A DNA stretch of 64,000 nucleotides from an uncultured delta proteobacterium (GTDB lineage: Bacteria > Myxococcota_A > Polyangia > Polyangiales > Polyangiaceae): NCBI GenBank assembly GCA_963696385.1, contig CAVOKF010000005.1:992001-1056000 (forward strand), in the 5' to 3' direction. Each line of letters opens with the position of its first letter. Positions within the stretch are counted from its first letter, which is position 1. Position numbers and translations under genes: made by a program. The notes beneath the pieces are model-generated. The model was not told the DNA's origin and did not search any database. It worked only from the letters and a program-made list of their open reading frames with translations. Positions 22,491 through 32,308 of this stretch are shown one piece after another.

Positions 22491-23111
22491 GTCCGCCGCT
22501 TCGTCATCGTGGGTCGGAACGCGGCTGCATCCGACGATTTCAGCCTCGACGATCTCGCCGGATCGAGCGGGCGCATCGACGTGCTTCTGCGTTGCGTGCG
22601 CGCATCCCTACTTCATTCTCACGGCCTACGACGCGACGTCGCCGTCTATCTCGTGCTCGGGGGCGGGCCGCGTGCCCCGAGGGTGTTGCGCTTCGACGGG
22701 GCCACCGCGAAGTACATTCGCCCTGACGAGCGCAGCCTCGCGACGCTCGCGAAGAAGGTTCTCGGGTCGGGGTCGGATCGCGCGACGGCCGGATTCGTGG
22801 AGGTCAAGCCCGGGATCGCCGTTGCAAACGGCGGTCTCGACGTCGTCCTGCCGGATCTGGTCGGGGCGATGCCGTTCGTGCTCGAGGAGGACGCGCCGGA
22901 CATTCGCGATTGCCCCGATCTCGACCAACCGGACGTGGCGTTTTTCGTCGGCGACCACCTCGGCCTGGACGAAGCGACCCGGACGCGGCTGCTGTCGATG
23001 GGTGCGCGCCGGATCGCGGTCGGCCCGACGAGCATCCACGCCGACGACGCGATTGCCGTCGTCGGCAACGAGGTCGATCGGCGCCAAGCGGCCCGGTGTC
23101 GGCGGGAGTGA
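22491..23111 (+). CDS. trmY: tRNA (pseudouridine54-N1)-methyltransferase, SPOUT class; start codon uncertain
   Basis: RRFVIVG; FSLDDLAGSSGRIDVLLRC; SHGLRRD; PDERS; GDHLG; GPTSIHADDAI. Confidence 0.85.
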   Translation, partial: VRRFVIVGRNAAASDDFSLDDLAGSSGRIDVLLRCVRASLLHSHGLRRDVAVYLVLGGGPRAPRVLRFDGATAKYIRPDERSLATLAKKVLGSGSDRATAGFVEVKPGIAVANGGLDVVLPDLVGAMPFVLEEDAPDIRDCPDLDQPDVAFFVGDHLGLDEATRTRLLSMGARRIAVGPTSIHADDAIAVVGNEVDRRQAARCRRE

Positions 23112-23118
23112 GAACGCA

Positions 23119-23760
23119 TCAGAACGCGCACACGCGACTGCCGCGCGTTCGGAGCTTGAGCCTGACCAGGGTATCGGCGATGGCCTCTTCCACCTGCGCT
23201 TGGCCGATCGAGCGCAGGAATGCGCCGTAATCCAACAGCCGCCGTCGAAGGACGTCGTCGACTTCGACCCGGTTGTCGTCAAGGATGCGAACGCGCTCGG
23301 CATCGTCGTCGCTGAGGTCGAAATTGATGTAGCCACGGCATTGGGGCGATCCACAGCGACAAGGGTCTCGGTCGGGCTCGTTGTGGCTGACCCACCCGTA
23401 AAAGATCGTCACCTCCTCGCCAGGCGCGATCGTCCGGCTGCACTGGATGCGCCCCGCGCCGTCCGAAAAGATCGCCGCGTTGGGGTTGCAGCTGTGGTTG
23501 CAGAGCCAGCCGCCCGGTACCGACACGTCGGGAATGATGACCGATCGCTTCTCCGACAAAAGCGTGAGCCGCGTCTCCGCCGCAACCGCCGCCTCCGGGT
23601 CCCTCACGTCTACCTTTCTCTGCTTGGGCGCGTAGGCAACGATGACGTCCCCTGAGTCGAAGCGCCGGCGGGCGAAGACTCCCCGGCCGGCAATCGAGCT
23701 CGTGCGAAACTCGACCGGAGCGAGCCGGAACATCGGCTTGAGGGGACGGCCTTTGCTCAT
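23119..23760 (-). CDS. SET-domain protein-lysine methyltransferase-like with post-SET zinc site
   Basis: SSIAGRGVFA; NHSCNPN; IAPGEEVTIFY; CRCGSPQCRG. Confidence 0.88.
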   Translation of the reverse strand: MSKGRPLKPMFRLAPVEFRTSSIAGRGVFARRRFDSGDVIVAYAPKQRKVDVRDPEAAVAAETRLTLLSEKRSVIIPDVSVPGGWLCNHSCNPNAAIFSDGAGRIQCSRTIAPGEEVTIFYGWVSHNEPDRDPCRCGSPQCRGYINFDLSDDDAERVRILDDNRVEVDDVLRRRLLDYGAFLRSIGQAQVEEAIADTLVRLKLRTRGSRVCAF

Positions 23761-23996
23761 CGGTCAAAGCACTTGTCGGATCGGGCCCGCCCGCAACACC
23801 GAGAGTACTCGACGTGGCGCGCGACGGGCAGGGTCCTAGCGGCCTTGACCGTAAGCGCGCGATTTTCCCGTGGTCCGCACGGGGCCGCATCGCGCGCCAC
23901 GCCGGGCGCGGCGCGCAGGTTGATTCGATCGAGCTGAAAGAGCACTATGACTTCGGGGTGTGGTCGGTGGCGGCAAAGGTCGGGGACGGCAGGTTG

Positions 23997-24434
23997 ATGG
24001 CCTCGGCGCCTGCACGCGCGCAGGGCCGCGTCGTGGAGATTCGCGTTGCCCGGCTTTTGAATCCGGCCGACGTCGAGTCCTTGCATTCCAGCGTTCGCGC
24101 AGCGATTGAACGCGCCGGTATAGGTGCGACCATTTGCGCCGACTGTCGCCGAACACTGCCTCTGTCGGGTCCTGTTGCGACCGCCTGGTCTCGTCATATG
24201 CGGAGCGCCAATCGCTCGATCGCCCGGAGCGCCCTCTTGCTCGACCCATCGAACACGATGTTCAACTTGCAGCTTGAGCGCATCGTTCGTTGTGCCGGCA
24301 ACCCGACGCGCCGCCTGTTCGCTGACGTCGACGAGCTCAGTGACTGGTTGGCCTCTGAACTCACGGAATGGGAGCGTCAGGCCCTGCGTGCCTTTCTCTC
24401 CGAGGGCGACCGCCCGTGCTCGCTCGTCCCGTGA
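23997..24434 (+). CDS. Hypothetical protein (small alpha/beta, STAS/SpoIIAA-like myxobacterial type)
   Basis: ICADCR; SALLL; LQLERIV; RRLF...ELSDWL...LT..E...LRAFL. Start uncertain. Confidence 0.5.
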   Translation: MASAPARAQGRVVEIRVARLLNPADVESLHSSVRAAIERAGIGATICADCRRTLPLSGPVATAWSRHMRSANRSIARSALLLDPSNTMFNLQLERIVRCAGNPTRRLFADVDELSDWLASELTEWERQALRAFLSEGDRPCSLVP

Positions 24435-24718
24435 AAGGGGCAGCGCTCTATTCCGCGCGCGAGGCCCAGGTGCCCGCAATGGATGCCTGCGAGCGCCATC
24501 AGCTGGCCCTCCGCGCAGCACTATCGCGTGTCGCCGCGCGCAGGGCCGAAGCGAGGGGTCTCGATCGCACAGGCGGGTTGCACAAGGAACGGCCAGCGCC
24601 CAGCTCTTTGCGATGGCCGCCAACGACTCGACCGCCCCTAAACGGCGGCGCTGGTATTTCGTTCGTGAAGAGCAACGGTCACGGCAGGTGGCTCATCGGA
24701 CCCGCCCGAGGAACCGCC

Positions 24719-25108
24719 ATGGCCCACCGTTCATTTCTCGAGGAGCGAAACGTGTCGCCGACGGCGTTGTCCGCCATGGAGGGCTTCCACGCCGACATTG
24801 TACGCCAGGTGCAAGAGTGCGTTCGCCGCGATCCGGTCGTCGTCGTTGGAATGGCGCAGAACCCGCACGTGCGCAGGGTGCGCCAGGCGCTCGACGGGGC
24901 CGGAATTGCGTACACTTACCTGGAGTACGGCAGCTACGTTTCCCAATGGCGGCAGCGGCTCGCGATCAAGCTGTGGAGTGGGTGGCCCACCTTTCCCCAA
25001 GTGTTCGCGCGCGGAATCCTACTCGGCGGTGAGGACTTGACGAAGGCTGCCATCGCCGATGGTTCGCTCAAGTCCTCGATCGAGCACGCCGCGTTCGTCT
25101 CGCCCTGA
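24719..25108 (+). CDS. Glutaredoxin-like protein lacking the active-site Cys
   Basis: VVVVGMAQNPHV; WSGWPTFPQVF; LLGG; SD-like gagga upstream. Confidence 0.8.
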   Translation: MAHRSFLEERNVSPTALSAMEGFHADIVRQVQECVRRDPVVVVGMAQNPHVRRVRQALDGAGIAYTYLEYGSYVSQWRQRLAIKLWSGWPTFPQVFARGILLGGEDLTKAAIADGSLKSSIEHAAFVSP

Positions 25109-25229
25109 GAACGACCAATCTGTCGGTGGGGTCCGGTTGCTGTCGAGGTCGGGTCGCGGCGCCGTCCGCCGTGGATTTCGAAAGGGCGCGGTGCCCAGTG
25201 GCCGAGTACGCTAGAAGGCCACAGCGCAG

Positions 25230-25697
25230 ATGCAGACTGGGCGCGCAGGCAGAATGATCCTGATCGCCGTCGTGCTGCTCGCGGGAACGGCCGCGGTCGG
25301 CACGGCGCCGAGCGCACGACCCTTTTTGGCGCGAGGCTGGGCGACCGTAGTTTCCTCCCTATCGGCTTGGTCGGCATCCTCGACGACGGCGCCGAGCGGG
25401 ACCGCGAACGCGAACAGCAGCCGCGAAACCTCCCCGGCGCCCCACCGCCAGACGGCGCCTCTGTCGAGCGCCCAGCTCGGCGCGCCTCTCGTGCACGGTA
25501 CGATGCTCACAGCCTGCGGGGCGCCCGACGACCTCAAGGTGGTCGTGACCGTCGGCGTGAAGATGGGGCGTGCCGCCGACGTTGTCGTGAAGACCGTCCC
25601 CCCGAATTCGGTGGTCGCGGCCTGCATCGAGCGAGCCACCCGCGAGCTTCAGTGGGACATCAGCCCCAAGCTCGAGCATGTGACCGTGACGTACTGA
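25230..25697 (+). CDS. Hypothetical exported protein with TonB-C/AgmX-like C-terminal domain
   Basis: Hydrophobic N-terminus; ACG...VKMGRAADV...VAACIERA; ends VTVTY. Confidence 0.55.
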   Translation: MQTGRAGRMILIAVVLLAGTAAVGTAPSARPFLARGWATVVSSLSAWSASSTTAPSGTANANSSRETSPAPHRQTAPLSSAQLGAPLVHGTMLTACGAPDDLKVVVTVGVKMGRAADVVVKTVPPNSVVAACIERATRELQWDISPKLEHVTVTY

Positions 25698-26179
25698 ACC
25701 GAGAACTCTCCGTCGAATGCCGGCGTGGGAGCGCGGTCGGATGGGCGCATTCGGAGACATGGAAGTGTCATCCTACGAGCGCGGTCCAGGGGGCGCATTC
25801 GAAGACACCAAGTGCGTCGTGGCGGACGGAGTGTCATTTGTAGGCGGGCGGTCGCTAACGCGAACGCGCGGAGACGCCAAGCGGACGGGGCCGTCGCGGG
25901 GTCGAGGCTTCTGCGCGCGTTCTCTCGTTCAGCCTTGTCGCTTACACCAGCGGCCAAGCACTCCCGAAACCCCGACCCGGACCCAATGAAGTCTCGTATC
26001 GCGAAATGGGTTTGACTCGACTCCGATGAGTAGGATTTGCCTGGAACATTGTGGCAAGACCGCTAATCGAGAGATACCATAAGCAATGTAGATTGATGCG
26101 AGGGTCGGCGCACTGTCACGATTCGGCCGCCACACGAATTTCGCTTATCGGGAGCTAAAGCCGCGGAGGGTCGGGGCCG

Positions 26180-27808
26180 TTGAAGATGACTCCCGTTGGA
26201 GACTCGCAAAGGCCGAAAAGCTCGCACCATTCGAGGGTAGGCAAGATGGGCAGCGTAAGCGTCACCGCAAACACCGGCAACGGCGACCAAGGCCCTGAGC
26301 GCATGGGTCCGTACGCGATCTACGATGCGATCGGGAGCGGGGGAATGGCCACCGTCCATCTCGGCAAGTTGCGGAGCGCTTCGGGATTCACGCGAACGGT
26401 AGCCGTCAAACGAATGCACGCCGAGCTCGCGAGATCGCCCGAGTTCGTCGCCATGTTCTTCCAAGAGGCTCGCCTCGCGGGACGCATTCAGCACCCCAAC
26501 GTGGTCGCCGCACTGGACTGCCTCGCGGTCGACCATCAAGCCGCTCTGATCATGGAATACGTGCATGGTCTGTCGCTCAACCAGTTGATGCGCAAGCCCA
26601 TCGTCCTCCCACGCTCGATTGCGTCCGCAATCGTCGTCGGAGCCGCCCTCGGCCTGCACGCCGCGCACGAGGCGGTCGACGAGAACGGGATAAACCTCGG
26701 CATCGTTCATCGGGACGTTTCGCCCCACAACATACTCGTTGGTGTCGATGGGCTTGCCCGAGTGCTCGACTTTGGGGTCGCAAAGGCCGCCGAGCAGGCC
26801 CAACTCACCCGAACCGGAGAGGTCAAAGGCAAGATTGGCTACATGGCCCCCGAACAGCTCCTGGGCGAGAGGGTTGGCCGACAGGCAGACGTGTATTCGC
26901 TCGGTGTCGTCATGTGGGAGCTCTTGACCGGGCGCCGGATCTTCGCGAGCGATGCTCAAGCTCAGATGATGATGAAAATCGCCACGTCCCAGATCGATCG
27001 ACCTCGCAACGTCAATACGAGTCTTTCGTTGCAGATCGATGAGGTCGTGATGAAGGCCCTCGCTCGATCTCCCGAGTCCCGATTCCAAACGGCTCTGCAG
27101 TTCGCCGCGGCCATCGAGTCGTGCATCCCGCCGTCGGGTCAGCGCGCCCTGGGCGAATGGATTGCGGCCGCCGGAAAGGAGGAGCTCGCTCGGCGTTCGG
27201 AAACCCGGGCGCGAATCGACCGCAGTCCGGCGGCCCAGACCGAACGGGAATCCGAGGACAACGAGTTCACGTCGCGTTACCGGGACAAGGATTTCGCCAA
27301 GCACGGGGTCAGTCGGATCGCCATGATCCGGCGTCGGTCCCCTGCGAAACTTGTAGCCGTCGCGACCGCGCTACTCGGGGCCGCAGCCGTGGCGACGGTG
27401 GGGGGAGCCTACTGGTTGCGTTCCCATGCGGGGGCAGAACCGAACCAATTGCAGGCGAATGCCTTGCGGGCAACGCTTGCGTCCGAGGTGCGCCCCTTCC
27501 CGGTGGATCCTTCCGAAGGGCACCCGTCCGAGGCGCAGCGATCGGAAATGCCCCCTTCCGCACCGAATGCCGACTCGGTTGCGACGGCCGTATCGAGTGC
27601 CGTTCCAGGTTTGTCGACTCATCACGAGGAGGTCAGTGCGCTGCCGGCTCATAGCGATGCGCCCAGCGCCAAGGTCGTCGATCCAACGACGGCGGACGTT
27701 GTGGCATCGCGGGGTGTGGCGCGCGTGCCGACCCGCCCGCGCGCGCCGAAACCAAAGGGCTCGAGTTCGCTCCAATCGGAGTTGGGCGCCATCGGCGGGA
27801 GGGAGTGA
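26180..27808 (+). CDS. Membrane Ser/Thr protein kinase (Hanks type)
   Basis: GSGGMATV; VAVKR; HRDVSPHN; DFG; GKIGYMAPE; DVYSLG; TM helix; Pro/Ala-rich tail. Confidence 0.95.
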   Translation: MKMTPVGDSQRPKSSHHSRVGKMGSVSVTANTGNGDQGPERMGPYAIYDAIGSGGMATVHLGKLRSASGFTRTVAVKRMHAELARSPEFVAMFFQEARLAGRIQHPNVVAALDCLAVDHQAALIMEYVHGLSLNQLMRKPIVLPRSIASAIVVGAALGLHAAHEAVDENGINLGIVHRDVSPHNILVGVDGLARVLDFGVAKAAEQAQLTRTGEVKGKIGYMAPEQLLGERVGRQADVYSLGVVMWELLTGRRIFASDAQAQMMMKIATSQIDRPRNVNTSLSLQIDEVVMKALARSPESRFQTALQFAAAIESCIPPSGQRALGEWIAAAGKEELARRSETRARIDRSPAAQTERESEDNEFTSRYRDKDFAKHGVSRIAMIRRRSPAKLVAVATALLGAAAVATVGGAYWLRSHAGAEPNQLQANALRATLASEVRPFPVDPSEGHPSEAQRSEMPPSAPNADSVATAVSSAVPGLSTHHEEVSALPAHSDAPSAKVVDPTTADVVASRGVARVPTRPRAPKPKGSSSLQSELGAIGGRE

Positions 27809-27833
27809 CCTGTGAGCGGCGGGAGGCTCTGCG

Positions 27834-28895
27834 ATGGATCCAGTGAACGCGCGACAGCCGACGGAGACGGGAATGCATAAGGATCGGTTTCCCGTTGTCT
27901 TGGGTTGTTTCGTGGCCTTTTCGAGCGCCATGGTGACCTCCGAGCAGGCGCGCGCCGGTGACGCGGCGGCCGCCGAAACGCTGTTTCGGGAAGGGTCGCA
28001 ACTGCTCGAGGCCGGCCGCATCGACGAGGCGTGTCCCAAATTTGCGGCGAGCCAGAGGACCGATCCGGCCCTCGGCACGCTGTTTTACTTGGCGGTCTGC
28101 CACGAGAAGCAGGGCCTCACGGCGTCGGCGTGGGCCGAATTCTCCTCGGCGACCGATTGGGCGCAGCGGTCGAACCAGCCCGAGCGAGAGCTGTTCGGCC
28201 GCAAGCACCTCGCGGCACTCGAAGCGAAGTTGTCGACCGTCGTCATTCGTGCGTCGACGGTCTCCGGGATCCAATTGCAGGTGGACGACGGGCTAGTGAC
28301 CGGCGCCGCCCTCGGGACACCGCTCCCGCTCAATCCAGGCGAGCACACCATCGAGGCCCGCGCGCCCGGGTACGAACCTTGGCACACGCGCATCACCGTG
28401 GCCGCTGTGAGAAAGACGGTCACGATCACAGTTCCCGCATTGACCCCGACTTCGGCCCCGGCGGACCCGGCTCCCCCGAAGGTCTCCGCCTCTCTGGCCA
28501 CCGCCCCCGCAGAAGACGAGTCGCGGATTGCGGCCGGTCGGTCGGCTTCGCGTGCCCTGGCATGGACGTCGGCGGGTCTCGCGGGGGCAGCCATCGTTGC
28601 GGGATCGGTGTTCGGTGCGTTGGCGTTCGGCGCGCGCGACACGGCGCAGTCCGACTGCCCGAACAATCGGTGTGTGCCCGGTGGACTCGCCGAGATCGAT
28701 CGCGCACGCACGTACGCAACCGTGTCGACCGTCGGTTTCGGAGCCGGCATCGCGGCCGCCGCGGCAACGGCCTATTTTTGGATAAGGGGTCAGGCAGGAA
28801 CGATCCCCCGAACCTCCGGGAGCGGGCCGGTAACGGTCGTTCCCGGCGTGGGCGCGCACGAGGCCAGCTTGTCGCTTCTCGGGCGATTCGAATGA
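27834..28895 (+). CDS. TPR + PEGA domain protein
   Basis: AETLFREG...EACPKFAAS; LAVCHEKQG; PLNPGEHTIEARAPG; C-terminal hydrophobic helices; ends LLGRF. Confidence 0.85.
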   Translation: MDPVNARQPTETGMHKDRFPVVLGCFVAFSSAMVTSEQARAGDAAAAETLFREGSQLLEAGRIDEACPKFAASQRTDPALGTLFYLAVCHEKQGLTASAWAEFSSATDWAQRSNQPERELFGRKHLAALEAKLSTVVIRASTVSGIQLQVDDGLVTGAALGTPLPLNPGEHTIEARAPGYEPWHTRITVAAVRKTVTITVPALTPTSAPADPAPPKVSASLATAPAEDESRIAAGRSASRALAWTSAGLAGAAIVAGSVFGALAFGARDTAQSDCPNNRCVPGGLAEIDRARTYATVSTVGFGAGIAAAAATAYFWIRGQAGTIPRTSGSGPVTVVPGVGAHEASLSLLGRFE

Positions 28896-30004
28896 CAGGG
28901 TGCGCGCCGGGAGCGCAGTCGGTCCGTACCGCGATGCGGGCGCTGATTACCGCCCCGGTTTGGGCACTGGGGGGATGCAACCTCGTGGCCAACCTCGGCG
29001 AATTCGACAACGCCGTCGCCGATACCGTCGAGGCGGCGCCGGATGGCGAATCGCTGATCGGACCGGTCGCGGAGGCGAGTGAGGCGGGCGCCCCGGGCGA
29101 TTCGATCGTGGGCAGCGAGGAGGGTGGCGAATCGACGGACGCCGGGGTGGACCCGCCGGATACGGCGCCCGAGCCCGCGGCTGACGTCACCGGCGGGGAC
29201 ACGGACGATGCCATGCATGATCTTGTGGACGCTGCACCCGTGGCCATGGACGTGGCGGACGCGACCGATGCCGCGTCGGGTGCTGCCGACGCCGCGTTGG
29301 GTGCCGCCGACGCGGGTAAGCCCGCAGACCCGTCCGACGGCGGCACGTGGTGCGCCACCCACGTCTCGTCCATCACGGTCGACTGTCACGACTTCGACGA
29401 AGGGCGATCGGCCTCTGCCGGATTCGCCAGCAACTACTTTTCGTCCGTCTTCGCGAACGTCACCATGGCTGCCTATGCCCCCGGATCGGCTCCGAGCGCG
29501 CTTCTGATCACGACCCCGCTGCTCGCTGCCGGCGCCAGCGCCGCGTTCGAGCAATTCAACGACACCGTGTCCTTCCACGACAAGATCGAACTGAGCTTTG
29601 CCCTGAAGATCGCGAACTACGACTCCGCGGCGCCGGACGTGAGCCTGTTTCGCGTGTCCTATGAGGACAACTCGTGGGCGGAGTCGCTCGACTTCCAGCA
29701 GGTCGCGGCCAACTTCATCGAGACGGCATCGCCGCCCGACGGCGGAACCGACCGCGGGATTCACACTGCGGCGCAGCCGTCCACGCTGACGGATTGGACC
29801 AACGTGGATGTCTTGTACGACTTCGCCGGCCACACGGTGACGCTTTCCTACAACGGTGTCGCCGTTGTCATCGACCAAGCCATCCAGAACCTGGCGCCAG
29901 GGACTCCGTCGATTTTCGTCCAGGTCGGCCTCAATTTTTTGCAGGCGCCGACGCAATCGATGATGATTTACTACGACAACATTCTACTCGAGACACCCCC
30001 GTAG
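28892..30004 (+). CDS. Lipoprotein with acidic linker and C-terminal beta-sandwich (LamG-like) domain
   Basis: ATGA overlap with the PEGA gene; lipobox LGGC; WC...DCHDFDEG; W-x-x-V; YYDNILL. Confidence 0.7.
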   Translation: MTGCAPGAQSVRTAMRALITAPVWALGGCNLVANLGEFDNAVADTVEAAPDGESLIGPVAEASEAGAPGDSIVGSEEGGESTDAGVDPPDTAPEPAADVTGGDTDDAMHDLVDAAPVAMDVADATDAASGAADAALGAADAGKPADPSDGGTWCATHVSSITVDCHDFDEGRSASAGFASNYFSSVFANVTMAAYAPGSAPSALLITTPLLAAGASAAFEQFNDTVSFHDKIELSFALKIANYDSAAPDVSLFRVSYEDNSWAESLDFQQVAANFIETASPPDGGTDRGIHTAAQPSTLTDWTNVDVLYDFAGHTVTLSYNGVAVVIDQAIQNLAPGTPSIFVQVGLNFLQAPTQSMMIYYDNILLETPP

Positions 30005-30082
30005 CGGCATCCGCCTGGTGGCGTTTCGGACGGCTCGCCAAGGCACCGACGGCGTTGTTGCGAGCCACCCGGCGGGCCCTCC

Positions 30083-31039
30083 TCAGGGCAGCAGGTCGAC
30101 AAGGACGTTGTCGATGTGCACGCGGCAGCCCGCCGAGACGGCACTGAGGTCCTTGATCTGCGCGCCCACGTCGAGCATCGCCGTGGAATCCAGCATGCTC
30201 GCCGGGGGCGCGTCCATCAGTTTCACTTCGTTGAGGGCGACGGAGTTTCCGACCGAGACTGTGGCCGTCTGAGCGCTCAGGTCCAACGTGAGCGTCAGCA
30301 AGAACCAGTTGGGGTCGACGGGGAGCGAGCCGAACGGATGGCTTGTCCCAGCGTTGAGGCCGCCATCCGTCCCAGATGTGAATTCCACGAGGTTCGATGC
30401 CGTTGCGGTGGCGGTTACACCGACCGAGTAGGATCCCGGCGCAGCCGCATTGCTCAGCGCAAACGACAGCGCGACGAAAGCCACCCCGTCCGCGTTGAGG
30501 CATCCAAGGCCGAGAGAAAATTCCGTCTGCAATGTTACCTGCGACGGACTTGAAGACGACTTCGTCGACTTCATGGTGGCGACCAGAAGGGCGTCAGCGA
30601 AGTCGCCCGCTTTGGCGAGCGCCGGGGTCTCGGCGAGGGCCGACTCCGGTGCAGAAAAGAACAGGGTCGTATCCGCGACGACCTTGGGGCCGTTGCCCAC
30701 TGCCGCGCCGCTCATGGTCATCACCGTGAATTTGCCGGGCACGCCATCCTCATCGAAATCTTCGCAGAAGGTGTGGCCGCTGTTGGCCGCGCAAAAGGGC
30801 AGTGCTGCTTCGCCGTGGGCGTCGGCATCGGCCCCCCTATCGGCCGGCGAGTCCACGATCGACCCCGCGTCCACGACGGATGCGTCGCCGCCGGCTTCCG
30901 CAGCGGCGGTAAATGAACTGCCGACACAGCCGGCGGAGGCCGCTCCACCGCTCGCGAGACAAGCCACCAGTGCGGGCAAGACCACGATTTTTCGCGTCCG
31001 ATCTTCCCGCACTCCCCGCGCGTCGTCCGGTTGGGCCAT
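30083..31039 (-). CDS. Lipoprotein with C-terminal beta-sandwich domain, paralogous to 28892..30004
   Basis: SAGC lipobox; FC...FCEDFDEDG; WFLL; HIDNVLV. Confidence 0.7.
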   Translation of the reverse strand: MAQPDDARGVREDRTRKIVVLPALVACLASGGAASAGCVGSSFTAAAEAGGDASVVDAGSIVDSPADRGADADAHGEAALPFCAANSGHTFCEDFDEDGVPGKFTVMTMSGAAVGNGPKVVADTTLFFSAPESALAETPALAKAGDFADALLVATMKSTKSSSSPSQVTLQTEFSLGLGCLNADGVAFVALSFALSNAAAPGSYSVGVTATATASNLVEFTSGTDGGLNAGTSHPFGSLPVDPNWFLLTLTLDLSAQTATVSVGNSVALNEVKLMDAPPASMLDSTAMLDVGAQIKDLSAVSAGCRVHIDNVLVDLLP

Positions 31040-31048
31040 CGGCGACGG

Positions 31049-31480
31049 CTACTTTTGCTTATCGAAGATCTTCTTGCGAAGGGCTTCGGCGCGGTGCTGG
31101 CTATCCATGGCCTGCTGTTGAAGGGCTTCGGCCTGTTTCAATCGCTTTTCATTGGTCACTCTCGCCCGAATGTTGGTGGCTTCGACGAGGGCCTGGACCG
31201 CGATGACGACCGCGTTTGCGCTTTCTTCCATCGCCACGAAGCAGATGCGCTCGGTGGTCGCCGCGCCCGTCGAGTCATGCGCCGGCCGGATGTTCATTTC
31301 GGCCGGTGCCAGGGGGTTGGTCGAGCGCAGCTGTTCAAAGAGCTGCTTCCAATCGTCGGAAGGCTGCTCCTTGAAGGCCAGCGAAAAGTTGACCCGACCG
31401 TCGGGATCGACCCGGATGCTCTGCGGATCGTTGGGCCGCGGCTCCTCTAGAGCGATGTCCATTTCAATCGTAGGGATCAT
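31049..31480 (-). CDS. Hypothetical protein
   Basis: Protein-like composition with a C-terminal coiled coil; co-oriented, 10 bp upstream of the next gene. Confidence 0.55.
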   Translation of the reverse strand: MIPTIEMDIALEEPRPNDPQSIRVDPDGRVNFSLAFKEQPSDDWKQLFEQLRSTNPLAPAEMNIRPAHDSTGAATTERICFVAMEESANAVVIAVQALVEATNIRARVTNEKRLKQAEALQQQAMDSQHRAEALRKKIFDKQK

Positions 31481-31621
31481 GAAACGTTTCCTCGTCGAGG
31501 GCCTGGCGCGATGTCTCGCGGCGACGGGTGCCGCCAGACGGATGAGTCAAGCATCGCCGGGAATCTCGGGCAAACTCAAGCCGCAGCGATCCGCGTGACC
31601 GGGGCTTAACCTGGGCAGCCT

Positions 31622-31709
31622 CCGACCGCGACCCCGACCGCGACAACCGCGACCGCAACCCCGACGACCCCGACCGCCGACAACCGCGACCGCGACGAAC
31701 CCGACCGCT
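31622..31709. repeat. Low-complexity (c)cgac/ccgcga degenerate short-unit repeat
   Basis: ccgaccgcgaccccgaccgcgacaaccgcgaccgcaaccccgacgaccccgaccgccgacaaccgcgaccgcgacgaacccgaccgc, essentially T-free. Confidence 0.6.
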
Positions 31710-31918
31710 CACGTTTCCGCAAAGCCGTCGATCGGAGAACGACGTTCCGATCGAGGGTAGCGCCAAGAACTGAGTGCCGAGATCAGCCTTCGTCAGAACC
31801 TCGACGAATCCGTCTCCATCCCGCGATCCGGCGAGCGTTCAACGATCCAGCCGGGTCATCGTTTGGCCGTCATCAGGAGCCTCGCGCGTGAGGACGGCTT
31901 GCAGTAGGTACCTTCGTC

Positions 31919-32272
31919 GTGAACGCTCGCCCCGCTTGGATGTCGCTCTTGGCGTTGGCCGGCGCGTGCAGCTCGGCGCCTGCCACCGGGTCGCCGACGA
32001 CCGCCGACTCCCGCGCCACGTCGCAGTGCGGCAGCCTCACGTGGGCCACCCTGTCTTGCGCTTCTTGCACCGACCAGAGCTGCTGCCCCGTGGCCAAGCT
32101 GTGCGGGCCGGTCGCGGGCTGCGTCCCGTTGAGTGCATGCAGGGCTGCTTGCGATGCAGGCGACACGACGTGCGCGGGCGGATGTGCGACGACCTACGAG
32201 GGCGCGATATCGAACTACAACGCAATTCTCAATTGCCAGGTTGACTACTGCGCGCAGAGCTGCCCGCGCTAG
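31919..32272 (+). CDS. Small Cys-rich lipoprotein
   Basis: LAGAC lipobox; CASCTDQSCC; CRAAC; C...C helical Cys pattern. Confidence 0.7.
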   Translation: MNARPAWMSLLALAGACSSAPATGSPTTADSRATSQCGSLTWATLSCASCTDQSCCPVAKLCGPVAGCVPLSACRAACDAGDTTCAGGCATTYEGAISNYNAILNCQVDYCAQSCPR

Positions 32273-32308
32273 TCGGCCCGGCCGCAGCCAGACCCTTTTG
32301 CGCGGCGC

